A stretch of DNA of 62,360 bases, filler included, from Sphacelaria rigidula (taxonomy: Eukaryota), in assembly GCA_964200075.2 (NCBI GenBank). It is 11 parts of 11 records of this genome, joined end to end, with 100 filler letters (N's around TTAATTAATTAA, not from the genome) between each part and the next. Parts side by side here need not be neighbours in the genome. Positions count along the whole stretch, not along the records: positions 22,715 to 28,292 come from CAXNAA020026156.1; positions 28,393 to 33,970 come from CAXNAA020026157.1; positions 34,071 to 39,648 come from CAXNAA020026158.1; 8 more parts are not named here. One strand, 5' to 3'. The notes beneath the pieces were generated by a model, which worked only from the letters and a program-made list of their open reading frames with translations, was not told the DNA's origin and did no database searches. Every line of letters starts with the position of its first letter. Within the stretch, counting starts at the first letter, position 1. The position numbers and the translations under genes are program-made. Shown here piece by piece: positions 25,701 to 39,025 of the stretch.

Positions 25701-26881
25701 GTCAGATCACTCGAGTTGTTCAAGCTGGTTTGAGAGAGCAACACCAAACTAGACCTCTCGCCGTTCTCATCCTCGGCATTCTCGGATTTTCCGGTCTGGG
25801 TACGTAGGATTAGCGATCACGCGAGCCAGGCAATCCTTCCTCAAGTGACCCTTCTCTCTACGAACGATGGATCATTCGGACACAACACCACAAGAGTTTC
25901 ACGCAAAGTTTTGTACTCGTGCGACAGTCCCTCAAGCATTAGGTGCACACAACCATAATCTTTCTTGACTTCAATATGTCAACCATCAAGGGTCCACATG
26001 AAACGGTACCTCGCCCAGGGACATTACTGGGGTCGTATATAAACCGGAATCTATTGCGCCGCTATCTTGCTACAGTCAAAACCCATAACGAAACAAGCAG
26101 CTAGATTACTGGCAGTATAAAATTTCAACAACAGTATGATGTTGGTAAGTCGAAATCAATGTCTGCAATCGAAATTCAGCTTCAGAAACAAACGCCTCAT
26201 ACAGATTGTTGTATCACTCAACAGAAAGTTCTGCGACCATGAGGGGTACGACACGTCGTTACCGTCAGAAAACAGGAGCATTGGGAACTTTAAAAAGAAC
26301 CCTACCCAACCTTCCTGTATCAGAAATGTTAACCCCAGGAATCGGAGGAATGACCTAAAGTCCCACCTACAGTCCCGATCGAACCAAAGTTTACTGCAGC
26401 AACAGAGGAACGATTTAAAGAAGATGCGTGTGGATTCAAGCCTGAGTCTGCAAGACTGCTACTCCCAACCCACATGCTTGACACGCCCAAGCCTTGGGTA
26501 TCGCCACCCATACTTCCCGCGGTCCCACCAGTACCGAATTACAGTAGATGCATGAGGATTCAAGCCTAAGTCTACACGACTGTTACTCCCAACCCACATG
26601 CTGGACACGCCCAAGCCTCGGGCATCGCCACCCGTACTTCCCGCGGTTCCACCAGTAGCATCGTCAGAAAGATGCAGACTAGTCTCTGGCCCGCTGCCTC
26701 CCGGCGCGACAGCTACAAAACCAGAGGACTTCACTTTCCTTCCCTGTTGCTCAACTAACGACGATTCTACAGTCATAAGTTGACACAACTGTGTCTCTAC
26801 AGAACAAATCCTCTCACCAAATTCTTGCGATCCACCCTCAGCTGGGTCAACCGCAGGATCCTTGTTCCCCAGTTCAGCCAT
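22715..26881 (-). mobile_element. Ty1/copia retrotransposon, degenerate gag-protease-integrase-RT
   Basis: Domains are in copia order. Gag: zinc-knuckle remnant KGHLRKDC (~25830-25860). Protease: WYADMGTAFHMT. Integrase: VFVDLGG..VKDDFTR..RSDSGGEF. RT: WDIEQAF..LNKNLYGLMQA..IHVDE and PFREVVGSLMWIANQTRPDIS. Confidence 0.93.
26423..26660. repeat. ~124-bp tandem duplication within the copia gag region
   Basis: GATGC.TG.GGATTCAAGCCT.AGTCT..A.GACTG.TACTCCCAACCCACATGCT.GACACGCCCAAGCCT occurs at 26423 and 26547. Confidence 0.85.
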
Positions 26882-28415
26882 GATGAGGCAGGTTGATCAA
26901 GCCTCCGTCAATAGTCTCATGCACGGTCCAGGGGGACGAAGCAGCAGTCGACTAACACGCTATAGCGTGTTGATCAACTCGTGACTTCTGGAGAAAAATA
27001 TGTATTGCATTATTGAGACGTTGGTCCACAGAGACGGGCCGGGAAAGAGAAATGAACACGGTAGGCGAGCCCGTATCATCTACAACCCAGAGACTCTAGA
27101 AACCACATGGTTCCAGCAATGGAACTCGGACCAACACACTTCCTTACGTGCCACAAAAACCTCGGGGTGTTCCCCGCACCACAGATACCATGCTCGGACT
27201 GATGCAGTATCCACGAAGAGTATTCCTACATAACCAACAGAAAGGACCGCGAACGTTCTTCGCAAATCTCAGATATGTGGTAGTTCAGCAACCTAAAGAT
27301 GGACAGTTCCGTTATTCAAATCTTCCAATCAGATGTTCTACACAACTCAGTCGATACTACAGCAGCTATCACAAACAATTCTAACATTCTCAGACAGGCA
27401 TGGCCACATTAATGTACAGCTGGCCCGATCGCCGCTACCATTTCACTGCACTGAGGAGCAATGCCATGGTAGGGGTGCGCTTTTATTTCCTGGGGCTCTT
27501 TGCTGTAGGAGTCTCTCGATGACAAATATCTGGGCCTTGCTGTGCAGCCTCAGACAAGTTTTGGCCCAGAAAATGCACCCCTGCTGTGCCATTACCCTGA
27601 GATGGAAAGGTACTACGAGCTGGGCCAGCCTAGCAACGGATTTACGCTCTCAAAGCCATATCTCATCGATACAGACGAGTTGGACCATGATCCGCATATT
27701 GTATTTATCGTCTCATCAAGGGGTAGGTGCCCACCGGCTCGAAAGTGTGGGCCAATATTTCCTCGTCGATTGAACCCCATGTCTAGTAATTCCTATACCA
27801 GACGGAGATCGCGTCCATACCGAAATCTCCATGAAGCCCTGATCGATACGTTCAGCGGTTGACAACGATCTTTGGTATGGACATTCCCTGGAACACGGTG
27901 ATACGATGAATACCCTCACCTTCACCTAATTCGTCATATATCTCGATATATGGCGCACGTAAGTTTCCATACTAAAATCAATATATTACTAGCAGAGGCA
28001 CGGGAGAACTAAATCTGGATATCGCGTCTCAGTTTTTGAAAGTTATGCTATGAAACTTCGTATGGGGAACCGCTCGTGCACAATAAAGCTGAAGAAATAG
28101 CTTCTTCATTTTTTTTCATGTTTTTTCCAGGTTTTTACAGGCTGGGCCGCCCAAGAAGCTCACTTTCCAGCAGCCCGTTCTAACTGACAATGTATCGCGA
28201 GTTGTGCCCACTATAAATCCATGTAGCACTGCGATCCGACAAGGTCTCATGAAACGAAATACCAAACTGTAATCAAGTGTGAAAGTGTAGAGNNNNNNNN
28301 NNNNNNNNNNNNNNNNNNNNNNNNNNNNNNNNNNNNTTAATTAATTAANNNNNNNNNNNNNNNNNNNNNNNNNNNNNNNNNNNNNNNNNNNNGTATACAT
28401 CTGCATTAGGAGTAG

Positions 28416-28447
<32 letters not shown>

Positions 28448-28569
28448 CTTCCACGGAAGGTTGAAGAAGGAGGAGAAGATCAGAAAGGAGGACAGAGCGA
28501 AGAGCAAAGCGTGTACTCGTAGATGTGGACAGAGCTACAACTGGGTCCCGTGTTGGAGCTAGGCGATCT

Positions 28570-31400
28570 ACACACGTTCGTACGCTGTCCCTTACGGGAC
28601 AGAACGGCAGTGTCCATGCCAGGGTGGTTTTTGCCAAAGTCGAAGCGATGGGTTGTGGCGTGATTGGACTGCAAGCGGCAGCTCGACAAGGCAGAACTGA
28701 GTTAATTGCCGTGAGATACCATGTTTTCTGCTGCCGGGCGGAAGGGCTCAAGGACTGGGCGACATGAGGTTGGTTGGGCCGCCAGTCACGGAGACGGTCA
28801 TTAACAACGCTGCGTGAACGCAGTTATTTCGTCAGCGAGCGCCTCATGTCGATGACCTCCAACCTAGCACGCAAAATCGAACGATTTATCACGTCTGACG
28901 TTGCCTACGCCCCCTGAAACACGACTAAGTGAAAATACGAGAGGGGCATGTCCTGGACTGGGTTGGACTGCACCATGAGAGGAGTTCCCAACAACGACCA
29001 CCTCTTGGCTTCGATAGACGCTGACGCTGGCACCGAGGGAAGAGCAGGAAAAACGGATCCTGGAATTGTAGGAGCATACGGAAGGGACTCCCGGGCCAGC
29101 GACAGCAACGGCACCGCATGGCTAAGACTCGCGAGTAACAATAGGCTTCCCGTGGCCAATAAGTGTTTGTCTACCCCAAAAGGGAAGCACGTAACGTACG
29201 TTCATCGGTCTCGCGAGCCGTCCCGTGTACGAGAAACGCACTGACGACATCATCACACGCTAAGCCTACCGCCGGCTTGTTTCAAAATGTCACCGTCCAC
29301 CTTTAACCACCCAACTCGCCGAACTCGTGAAAAAAAAACGTATGTTGCGTAGTAGGGCTCGTTGACCGATTCGCACGAAACAGACATCGGCGAACCCCTG
29401 CCGGGCGCAAATCCATAAATAACGTCCGACGTCGAGAGACGTGAGCAACTTATACGACCCATCGTCAGCGAGCTCAAGGAGGGCATACCCGGAGGTTACT
29501 GTCGACGCAATGATTGTCAACTTCGCCGACATACTCCCGAGACCCGCCGAGACGGTGATGCCATGTCTGATCCGACAGTCCCGTGAACAAGGGTAGTTCG
29601 AGGATGCCGCGAGATATGGAAATGCAGTAGCATCTCTTTGCTTTGTTGAACAAGGCATTGGCAACTCTTAATCCAACTATCGTCAGGAGCATCACGCCGC
29701 TGCCGAATACAGCTGCGTCACTTGGAGACCCCCGCCAATTCTAGATGAACCACAACAGGTAGTGAATGCAATGGCTGACGGCAACGTGATGGAAGTAAGT
29801 GAATGGGCTGCTTGCCGAATAAACCCCTCAAGGTTGGATTGACCGGAGAGCCCTTGGAGATCCGGTACGACTCTTCTCAGCATCATCGTTGTGGACGTCA
29901 GGCGAGGTGCCGTAGGATTGGAAGGGCGCCAAGATCAAAAGCGTACATGAGAGGAGAGGAGAGATAGCGTCGAATGTGGCGACTATGGACCCATCTCCCC
30001 CGTGGCGCATATCGATGCAGTTCTCTTGTAACCATAGCCAACAGGCTCGGTAGTTGCCGCGTTTAGGCTGAGATTCTCCCGGCTAGACAGTAGGGATCCT
30101 CGAGCCGACGATGGGCCACCAACATGATGATCGTAAAACCCGGCCTGCAGAGGTTGGGGCGGGCAAGCAGTATCCCACTAACCGCGTGCTTCATGGACCT
30201 GCGGAAGGATCGACAAGCAGAAGGTGTACAACTCCGTAGATCCCACGCTCTCGTTGAACGTCCTTACCCGTTTCATCAGGATCCCGCCCTGGAGGACCCT
30301 GACCATTTACACGTTCCGCGATGGTATGCGAGCTCGGGCAACGGTGGATGATGACGAAATATTCTAATGATTCCGACGTCTGCCGATAAGTCAGGCGCGG
30401 CTACGCTTCGTCTTCGATATTGTTCAACACCTTCGGCGCCGCCGTGGTTGGCGTGGTCTTATAGCGTTTTGCGAGACCCAGCGATCTCTTCAATGGACTT
30501 TGTGTATCTAGATGATACGCTGAAGAATGATGGCGGTAACCCTGCAGGAGACACGCCGCTGGAGAGGGTGCAACACGCGATGTGAAGATTGCCGCGCGTG
30601 GATAACGCAGGCATAGTCTCAGGTCCTCACGCGTGCTTGCTGGTGCGATGAGTGACCGTGGTGGACTGTCAGGGGGTTGGAATGGCGGTATCGGACGGCA
30701 AGGCAGAGGCCGTGCACCTGTGGTCAGTCCCCAGCTCCGCGGAGACTACGCTGCACGTCGAAATGGCAGGCCAACTGTACAAGCAGATGGCTGAGTTTGT
30801 CGGCATTGGTGGTGCTGTGAGACGCAGATATTTCATCCGAATCGCGTGTCGCATCAGCCCTGCGTGGGCACACCTCCAAAGGTATAGGTCTCACCTCTAT
30901 AATACGATATACCCAATGCTCAAATATGGCTGAAAGCAGCGGTGATGAGAGCTATGCCGTATGGGTGTGCTGCGTGGACGCTGCGCTAAGAGGGCTTGGA
31001 TGGCCTGTGCAGTACCCACCACAAGCTGTTGCTGCTGAGCAGCTGGCTTTCGCAGGAAGAGTGACTGTGGGCACAAGACCCCCTCGTACAGAGCTGTGCT
31101 CGAGATGAGACCAACAAATGGGAATGTACTCCGAAGATCATCCGTAGGCGTCAAGATTGGTTCATGAGCGCCCTTTTCCGGCGGGACGAAAACACTTCTC
31201 CCGTAAGTCACCATGTCTGGGCGGTTAGCAGCTGAAGAATTCAAGGAGGCTGGCCAGCCAACACTGAGGGGGGACCGCCCCCGGGAGAGCCTGCGTGTGC
31301 AAGGGAGAACGAAGAGATTAATTCGTCTGCGGCGTCGACGTAAAAAAACTCGCAAGTTCGGGGTCACCGTAGCTTAGAGTGGGAGCAGATGGGAGCTGGG
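28570..31400 (+). mobile_element. Heavily decayed non-LTR retrotransposon (RTE-like: APE endonuclease + RT)
   Basis: APE remnants: HVRTL..GCGVIGLQ and WTGLD..VPNNDHLL..DADAGT..VGAYGRD..SNG..NNRLPVAN. RT remnants: CFMDLRK..NSVD..VLTRF, LFNTF, DNAGIVS, LHVEMAGQLYKQMAEFV and LKAAV..YGCAAWTLR. Confidence 0.85.
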
Positions 31401-32633
31401 AGTCGAGCAAGGGGCACAGGAGTTCGAGGAGATGTCCGCAAATGTAGCCGACGTCGCGAACAACGGGTTGTTACGCGGAGAGCCGCCGATAGGAGACCCA
31501 ACACCGCTGGCACAACAACGTGAAAAACGACCTGTGAGGGGATCCAAGATGGAAATAATCAAAAGTCGAAAAGATGGCGCGCCTGGTCACTGACTAGGGA
31601 GGAGGGCGGGGTGGGTGGAACAACATGGGAACAAATAGATACCCCCTGACTTATTCCCATCGGTTGCTGATTGGTTTTCTCCCCGTGCCCACTCGTGTCG
31701 ACGCGCGCGTACGCCGCTCATTCGCCATTCCAGTCGTTCTTCCACAACGGTTTCGCGCGTTTCCAGTGGGCGGGCAAAGCATTTTTCGCCTTCTCGGCCC
31801 TGGTTGGCGTGCTCTTGACGAGATGGCAGGGACTGTTTCTCGACGAAGGGGAGTCTAACAAGAGCTGGTGAGCGTGTTATTTTTTTTCATTCGCCTGCAA
31901 GTGCACTGGTGTCTTTACACGTAAGACCGAAGTCGCAGTTTCATTTTTTTTACATATATACAAGCCGCACGGGATCCGGGGCTGCGCCCCGGTCCCGTCC
32001 GTCTTTTTCGAGGGTCTCGGTATTCTTGCCTTGCCAAGCCCTCGTGAGAATAGATCCTCTCTCGAAATGTTCATGCCCGCCGGAAACATTCCAGGACCAC
32101 CGCGAACGCATGTGTACCCCCGCCCAAAGTAAAGTACGAATCCGCTAACCAGACCCCTAGCTTTGGCATTGGCCCGAACAATCATCTCCCGGGGCGGGTG
32201 TGGAGGAACTTGCACACTAAAATCAGCATTGAATCTCGTGGACGCCTCGTTACAAAGCATCCTTGACGCTCGTGAGTTCGAAATTTTCTATATATATACA
32301 TACTATGTATATATATGTTATTTGTCCCCCCCCTTCTTTTTATCTCTCTTGTATATGTCGCCCCATATTCACTCCTCCTTTGAGCTCTTGTGTTGCAGGT
32401 GTTTTGTTTTGTATTGGTTCCTTTGCTTGTTTGTTTCCGTAACTTCACTTGGTAAATTTCTTATCCCCCCTCTTGAGCTTTTAGCGTACCGTAGTTCCAT
32501 CATCCTAACCGTCATCATTCAGTTCTTGCATTCCCACTTCTTTTTTTTTGTATATTTACGTCCGACTAATTCCCTTTCGAAAAAATCGGAAGGCAGCAGC
32601 AGAAGCTATATCTACACCCCCGCCCTCCCCTTA

Positions 32634-33205
32634 GCCTGGTCCGGCGAGAACCCGGCGTGCTCCGTTCCGGCTTTGTAGGGGCGACCCCCCTATGGGGATC
32701 CCCTATGGGGTTGGCGTCTGTTGGCAATGACTCTGTAAAACACGCCACTGCGTAAGCTAGGTAACTAGGTTACCAATTTTTTTACGCGCCCGCATTTTTT
32801 CGCGATAACGATGATGCTGGTCGAGCTAGATCTTTTTGTGAGAGGTGGGAGAACCTCGATTCCGTGCAAAGGGGATGATCATTCCACGTAGAGTTTCAAA
32901 TGGTGAGACGCCCATGAGGCAGTGTGTAAGCCGTGGCTGTCTCTGGAAGTGGCGATACCGGAGAATGAAGCAACTCACTGCAGGCTGTCATCCTAATGCA
33001 AGATGTTCTGTACGCTTCGAGCCGAACAATCTGAGCAGGATGCAGCTCACTCTTCATGCGACTCGCCGAACACATGACGGCGCTTCGCGCTTGGTTGAGT
33101 GCGAGCCTGGTCCGGCGAAAACCCGGGGTGTTCCGTCCCGGCTTTGTAGGGACGCGAGGTCAATGGCCATATGACTACGGCATCATGATCATGATTGCAC
33201 CCCCC
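32634..33205 (+). mobile_element. Unclassified non-coding element with 47-bp direct repeats (A-B-A-C), flanked by oligo-C
   Basis: GCCTGGTCCGGCGA.AACCCGG.GTG.TCCGT.CCGGCTTTGTAGGG occurs at 32634-32680 and 33105-33151, followed by a ~50-bp tail containing CATGATCATG. Fragments also at 33867-33925, 39581-39648 and 50934-51004. Confidence 0.8.
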
Positions 33206-34117
33206 TCCCCTCCCCTCCCCGCTCCCCCACCCGCTACCACGTCACTACGCAAGTCGCTTGGCGCCGTCACGCAGCTTGCGCGTAGTAGATACGCGACCTT
33301 TGAAGGGACATGGCACTAGTGTCGAACCTGATGGGGGGATTTGATGCTATGTGACGTCATCTTTGTTTTTTTTCCCGAGGAGGGGGCCGTACTCATTCGT
33401 CGCTTGCCTCAATCGTTTGACCATTGACCAATATCCGGAGGAGGGGGGGGAGGGGGAAGGTGGAGAAGGAGCTCGTTTTCTTGTGTGTTTGCTTCCCCGC
33501 CATTTTTTCCCGCGCGTTTCATTTTAAATCGGCGGGGGGGGGGGGGGGAGGGGGTGAATCACTGCTCCGTGGGCTTTAGTTTTTATGATGTCGATTCTAC
33601 GCTTCTTCCATTTCTCTGCTCTTCGCCTTTCACTCTCCATCTGTTGACCGAGCTCTCCCGCGTTGGCAACGCGGACCTGAGTTAGCGTTCATTTTATATA
33701 AACACACACGGTTCAAGGCTTTCGTTTTTGGTGACTGTTGTGCAGGCTCAATGGTCAGGCGTCCATCCGGCGGGTACTGACGGTCTTGGGGGCGCTGTTG
33801 ATGTACATAGGCGTTTCTGACTCGGAGATCGGCGTGGTGAGTTTAACCCCCCCCCCCCTCCCCCCATGCGAGGTCAATGGTCTTATGACTATGGCATGCA
33901 TGATCATGAGCACACCCCCTCCCCCCCCGTGTAATGTATTGAAGAAACGTAATGAGCGCCGGAATGTCGGNNNNNNNNNNNNNNNNNNNNNNNNNNNNNN
34001 NNNNNNNNNNNNNNTTAATTAATTAANNNNNNNNNNNNNNNNNNNNNNNNNNNNNNNNNNNNNNNNNNNNCACTCTCAATCGTATCATCTACTCTCAATC
34101 TCACGAAAACACTGTTA

Positions 34118-36798
34118 AATACCGTAGAGTCAACAGTCAGAATCTGGGCTGAAACGTGGCAGGACCCCCGATGACCGAGGCCGTATGGCACTCAATATTG
34201 AGTGCATATGATTTTTTTTCTTGGAATGTAGAGCGGATACGAGTATCTTCAGATCCTCAATGTGATGAGCGGTGACAAGCGAAAGAAGCTGCTACAGCAA
34301 AATCGCCAATGACGAAGAAATTATCAATATTAGCAGTTCAGGCGCCCAGTAATGGAGTGCCAATGAGCAGAACCAATTGGGTCCGATTTTTTCGCTATTA
34401 TGCTGATTGTAGCCATTTTTTTGTGAAGGACAAATCCTGCGACGGCCATTCCCTACCGGAGCTGTACCTGAAATTGTCCCGAAGTTCGCAGGCACACCCG
34501 AACGTGACCGTTAAAATTTCTAAAATCACAAGACCTGCCCTACTGCACTGACTACGGTACACAATTGACTGCTCAAGAAGTACAAGGCATTGGCGCTGAA
34601 AACGCATGTGTAAAAGTAAAGCTGTCGCGTTTGCATGACCCCAGGTGATCATTTCGATTGCCGGTCAGGTACTACTGACAAACAGTTTGGTACCACCTGT
34701 CCTATCCTGTACCGCATCGTCTGATTTTTTCAGTGTTGCGGAGGAACACACACGAAATTCCCCACCACTTGTGTCGGCGTCAAAATACACGAGCGATCAA
34801 CACCCATGGGTTGACGAGTCATCTGTGGCTTACATTCCATTACTGCATCTGTCGATCTAATTGGCAAGAGGCGATTGTGTTGCGAGTGTGTAAATATACG
34901 AGCCCAGATGCTATGCGTAACGGTTGCTTTGTGGAGGTATGGTAAATCACATCAGGCGCCGGCCAGACGATCGTCGTCCCAGCCGTTGTGCGAGATCCAA
35001 GAACTGCGATCCCAAACCCTCAGTCTGCCCCTGGACACTACTGTTCTCGAAGCAGTATACACAACAGCCAACATTGAGAAGAGTACACGGAGTAACCACA
35101 GCAGCATACTATCAAAGGCAGGAGGTCTGTTACTGTAGCCATGTACCCTTTCCCACCGAGCAGGAGATCGAGGCTTGACGACTATCGGGGCATCACCTGC
35201 ACTACATCGCTGGTGGAAGAGAACATTGCGTCCACCCTGGTAACGGGTGCGGTAACCACAGCCAGCGCCGCTAATGCCGCCATTTTCACGATCCCTTTGG
35301 AAGAGAACCATCTTCTGGCTCCACCATTGCTGGTTGAAGCTGCGGAGACTCCCATCTTACTTGCTTTGATCGGTTCAGTGCAAAGGTTTCAGGATGAAAT
35401 GCAAAAGTGGTCGAGATCAAGCGAGATCGGACGGTTTGGAGTATGACCATTTGCTAGCGAACAAATGGCTCACTGTGATTGGCCGGGTATTTGTCTCATA
35501 ACCCTTCACTGTACTGTAGTGCAGCAGTGTCCCGATCGCGAAGTACAATGAACCCGCAGCCCTATTTGGCATTGTCCGCCGACAATACGCTAGCTCATCC
35601 GAGTGCACTATAAATTTGTGCCGAAAACCAGATATTTGCGAACCTGTCTCCGAAAAGAGGCGAAGTTCCCTAGGTCGGCTCGGAACGCTAAGTCGTCGTG
35701 ACGTAAATAATTGGAAACCGCATAAACCTAGCTGCGAAAATCCGAGAACGCAATAACCCTTCCTTTCTGTTCTACTGAAGACTCTGCCGCTGCTATACAC
35801 GCACGGCTGACAATAGTAATCCCAATTGAATACTTGATACAAAAAGGGGGTTGCTTATAATATCATCATAATAATGCCATTCATGAGCTCGTTCCGATTG
35901 TACATGATAGTTTTTTTTTATTGTAATTATGATAAAATAACATCATCAGTATAATATAGTAGTACTAGTGAAAAAATGCCCCCCCCCGCCCCCCACCCGT
36001 ACTCATTTGACCTAGATGATGAAACTAGAGAAGAGAGATATTATCATCGTGAATGCATGGAAGTAAATACTGATCCCCTGAAGAAAGTTGTACGCCGGGC
36101 TGGTGCACATTGTCTACAGCCCAGCTCATCGGCCGTGAATTCACATGTTAATTTTTGTTTCACCTGCCTACTCGTAGTCATACCACGTAGTATATATAAC
36201 AATGTTTTCGTTAGATTGGGAGTAACGCGTTGATTGAGAGTGGGCTCTATCATTCCCTAAAAGTTGACCATTTTTTTACTCCATCTGTGGTTTTCTTCGT
36301 CTGCATCACTGGCGTGTGCTTACAGCTACACGTCATCGATACCCTAGTCGGGGCTACCAAGGGCTTCAGTGGCAAGTTACCCCGGTTAGGACAAATCATC
36401 ACGACTCAAAATTACCAATAATTCCACGATTTCTTCCACCTGATTGCCCAAAAGGGAGACAAAGGTTGATCGCTGGTCCAAGGGGTATCCGCGCAACTTT
36501 TTTTGCGCCATTCCACTTGTCTGGGCTGCGTGTACCTGGGTTGCAACGCTGAAATAAAGAAATAAAGCCTAAGGATTGATTCGTCACGAGTTGACTCATC
36601 ATACTAAAACCAAGTAATTTTCAGACAAATCATCATTTGTCCGACCCTTGCAAGCTACTACAGAAAGCACATCGAGCCTCGTGGAGACGTATTTCGGAAC
36701 TAAAACGATTCATTCACTGATTGAGCGGTTTTTACTCTCAATCGTATCCTCTACTCTCAATCGTATCCTCTACTCTCAACCTCACGAAAACAGTGTTA
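34118..36798 (+). mobile_element. Putative ~2.7-kb non-autonomous element; its 5' part is shared with 51105-51852 (minus strand)
   Basis: AATCTGGGC.GAAACGTGGCAGGACCCCCGATGACCG...ACTCAATATTGAGT...CAATGTGATGAGCGGT is found in both contigs. The block at ~36753-36798 (ACTCTCAATCGTATC.TCTACTCTCAA.CTCACGAAAACA.TGTTA) also precedes it at 34072-34117. The 3' boundary is inferred. Confidence 0.5.
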
Positions 36799-36911
36799 TA
36801 TGCACTTGATCGTGCGTATAGTAGTACGCGAACCGCGAAATACTCTAATAATGAATGATACGACAGTGAGTGGTAGTGAGTGTGAGTGTCATCATATCAT
36901 CTGATAATCTG

Positions 36912-37271
36912 TTATTATTATTCTGGACGCCAGTCTACACCACTACTACGCCAGTCTACACCACTACTACGTGGGCGCATCAGCCGGGGTCACGCAGGAG
37001 GAAGGCCAGCACAAGAGTTTTTTCGGGGTTTTTTGTTTCGTACTCCACATTTCTTCTGCGGTGCTTGCCTTATTTTTTATGGCGAGAGGGGTTCAGCGGT
37101 CGTCGACCGTGACATCGAAATTCTTATGTACCCACGACATATTGTAGATGGTCGTTCTCCACTTTTGGGCATGGTGTGATAAAGAATCGCCGATCGGATG
37201 ACTGCACCAAGATTCGAACCCACGACACAACCGCCGGATGGTTTCGAGGTCCCCAACTGAGCCACAGGGGT
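36912..37271 (-). mobile_element. tRNA-derived SINE copy with (AAT)n tail
   Basis: A-box TGGCTCAGTTGG and B-box GGTTCGAATC; body and tail homologous to the other copies; internal 21-bp duplication ACGCCAGTCTACACCACTACT. Confidence 0.8.
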
Positions 37272-39025
37272 GACCAGCCACATATGATGTAGGCACTCGT
37301 AGTATGTGCATTTTGTTCCTTGTTTCCAAGGGTCGGACGAATTGATGATTCGTCTGAAAATTACTTGATTATATTGCCATTGATTCGTACCGTACGAATC
37401 AGTCGTTAGGCTTTGTTGCCAGCGTTGCACCCAGGTACGCGCAGCCCAGTCACGTGTAATGCCGCAAAAAATGCGTCGAAACGTTGTTGACCAACGGTCA
37501 ACTTTTGTTCTCTCTTTTTCGAGCAACCAGGCCTGAAAAACCGTGGATTTGGTGATTCGAACCGGCGATGATTCGTCCGAACCGTGCTTGTTTCGAGCGA
37601 CCATTAAGATCACAGACCTGAAATTCATTTTCGGTAGATTTGGGCGAAAGTGGACATGAGTACACCGGGTGCTTTCTAGCCTTCATGCTCCATGAAATCC
37701 ATGCAAACATAAATATCGGATACCGCGCCAGAGCTTGTGATTTCGTGGAAAGCTTGCAGTTCTACCAACACATGAGCCGCATCATGGGTCGCGCGCTGAC
37801 CCTTGCTTTCATCAGCGCTGCTAGCCAGCAGGTGAGAGCAGACTGTTGCAACACATGTTGCTATGATACAAGGTATGATGCACACAGACATACAACGTGT
37901 TTCACCCCAAGTACAGTACAGTCAGCAACACACCACAGAGAGGGTGTTGGGGCAGCCGTTCCATGGATGATTGCTGTGACTGCTTGATTTTCCCGCTGGA
38001 AGAGCAAGCAGCACTAATCACTTTTGCGAGTCGTGTCGCCAGGCCGCGCCTGCCTCCTCGATGCCTGACAACTATGCTAGGCTTCGATACTGTCCGAGTA
38101 CCCATCCTCCTTCTTCCGGCGTGTGACAAGTAAACTAAGTTGCCGAAAGCTCTGGCCGTTGAATCTGATGCTACGAGTAATCACAGTCACAGCGCTGCAT
38201 GATCTGCGTCGAGTGTAGCAGTCAACGATCGTAGTCCACAAGGTATTCATCACGACTGCTAAGCATTGCGACGTAACTCTTGTCAATTGTGACTGTCTAC
38301 GTCTCGGGAAGTCTACAAGTACGAACACCTCCGGCTTTGTTTTCAAAGACAACGGTGCACAACACCCCCAAGTACCTCATAAAGCTTCGGACAATCTCCT
38401 GGAAAAGGTTAACCTTGTGCATTTTCCCTACTCAAGGGCACAGACAATGGTCAGCTAGATTCAACAAGGTCAAGTAAAACCAAGCTATAATGTAGAATGT
38501 AGTGTAAACGACCCCCGGGTGATGACATTTTGGGACGCAAAAAGTTACCACCCGGGGGTAATATGGTTGTGCACGGGGGGGGGGGGGGGGGTCGTATTCG
38601 TGTAATACTTACCTCAATACGGTGCATACGACCCATCCGTAGTGTGCGACCCGTAGGGGGGTTTGTAGTATGCGGACCCCCCCCCGAATACGCGCAAAAT
38701 CCCTTGGTGATCTGAGCTATTTTTGGCACCATGTCGCTATCTGCAGTACTGGACTGTATTGGCAAGATATTGAGGTACGTATTGCACGTGACATATGACA
38801 CCCTTCAATACGGCATATATTTCGACACAATGGATTCGAAAAGTACGTATCACTGGTTGAAAAGCGTCATTTACAAACGTAGGGAGAGTCGTTCTGTGTG
38901 TGAGTGAAGAGGACGCCCGAGGAGAGCAACGTCGAAGAAGTTTACCTTGCCCTTTTGAGCCACTTACGGGTACAGATCAGGTGTCCTGAATCACCAGGAG
39001 CTTCACCGCTCCCTACAGTGGACCG

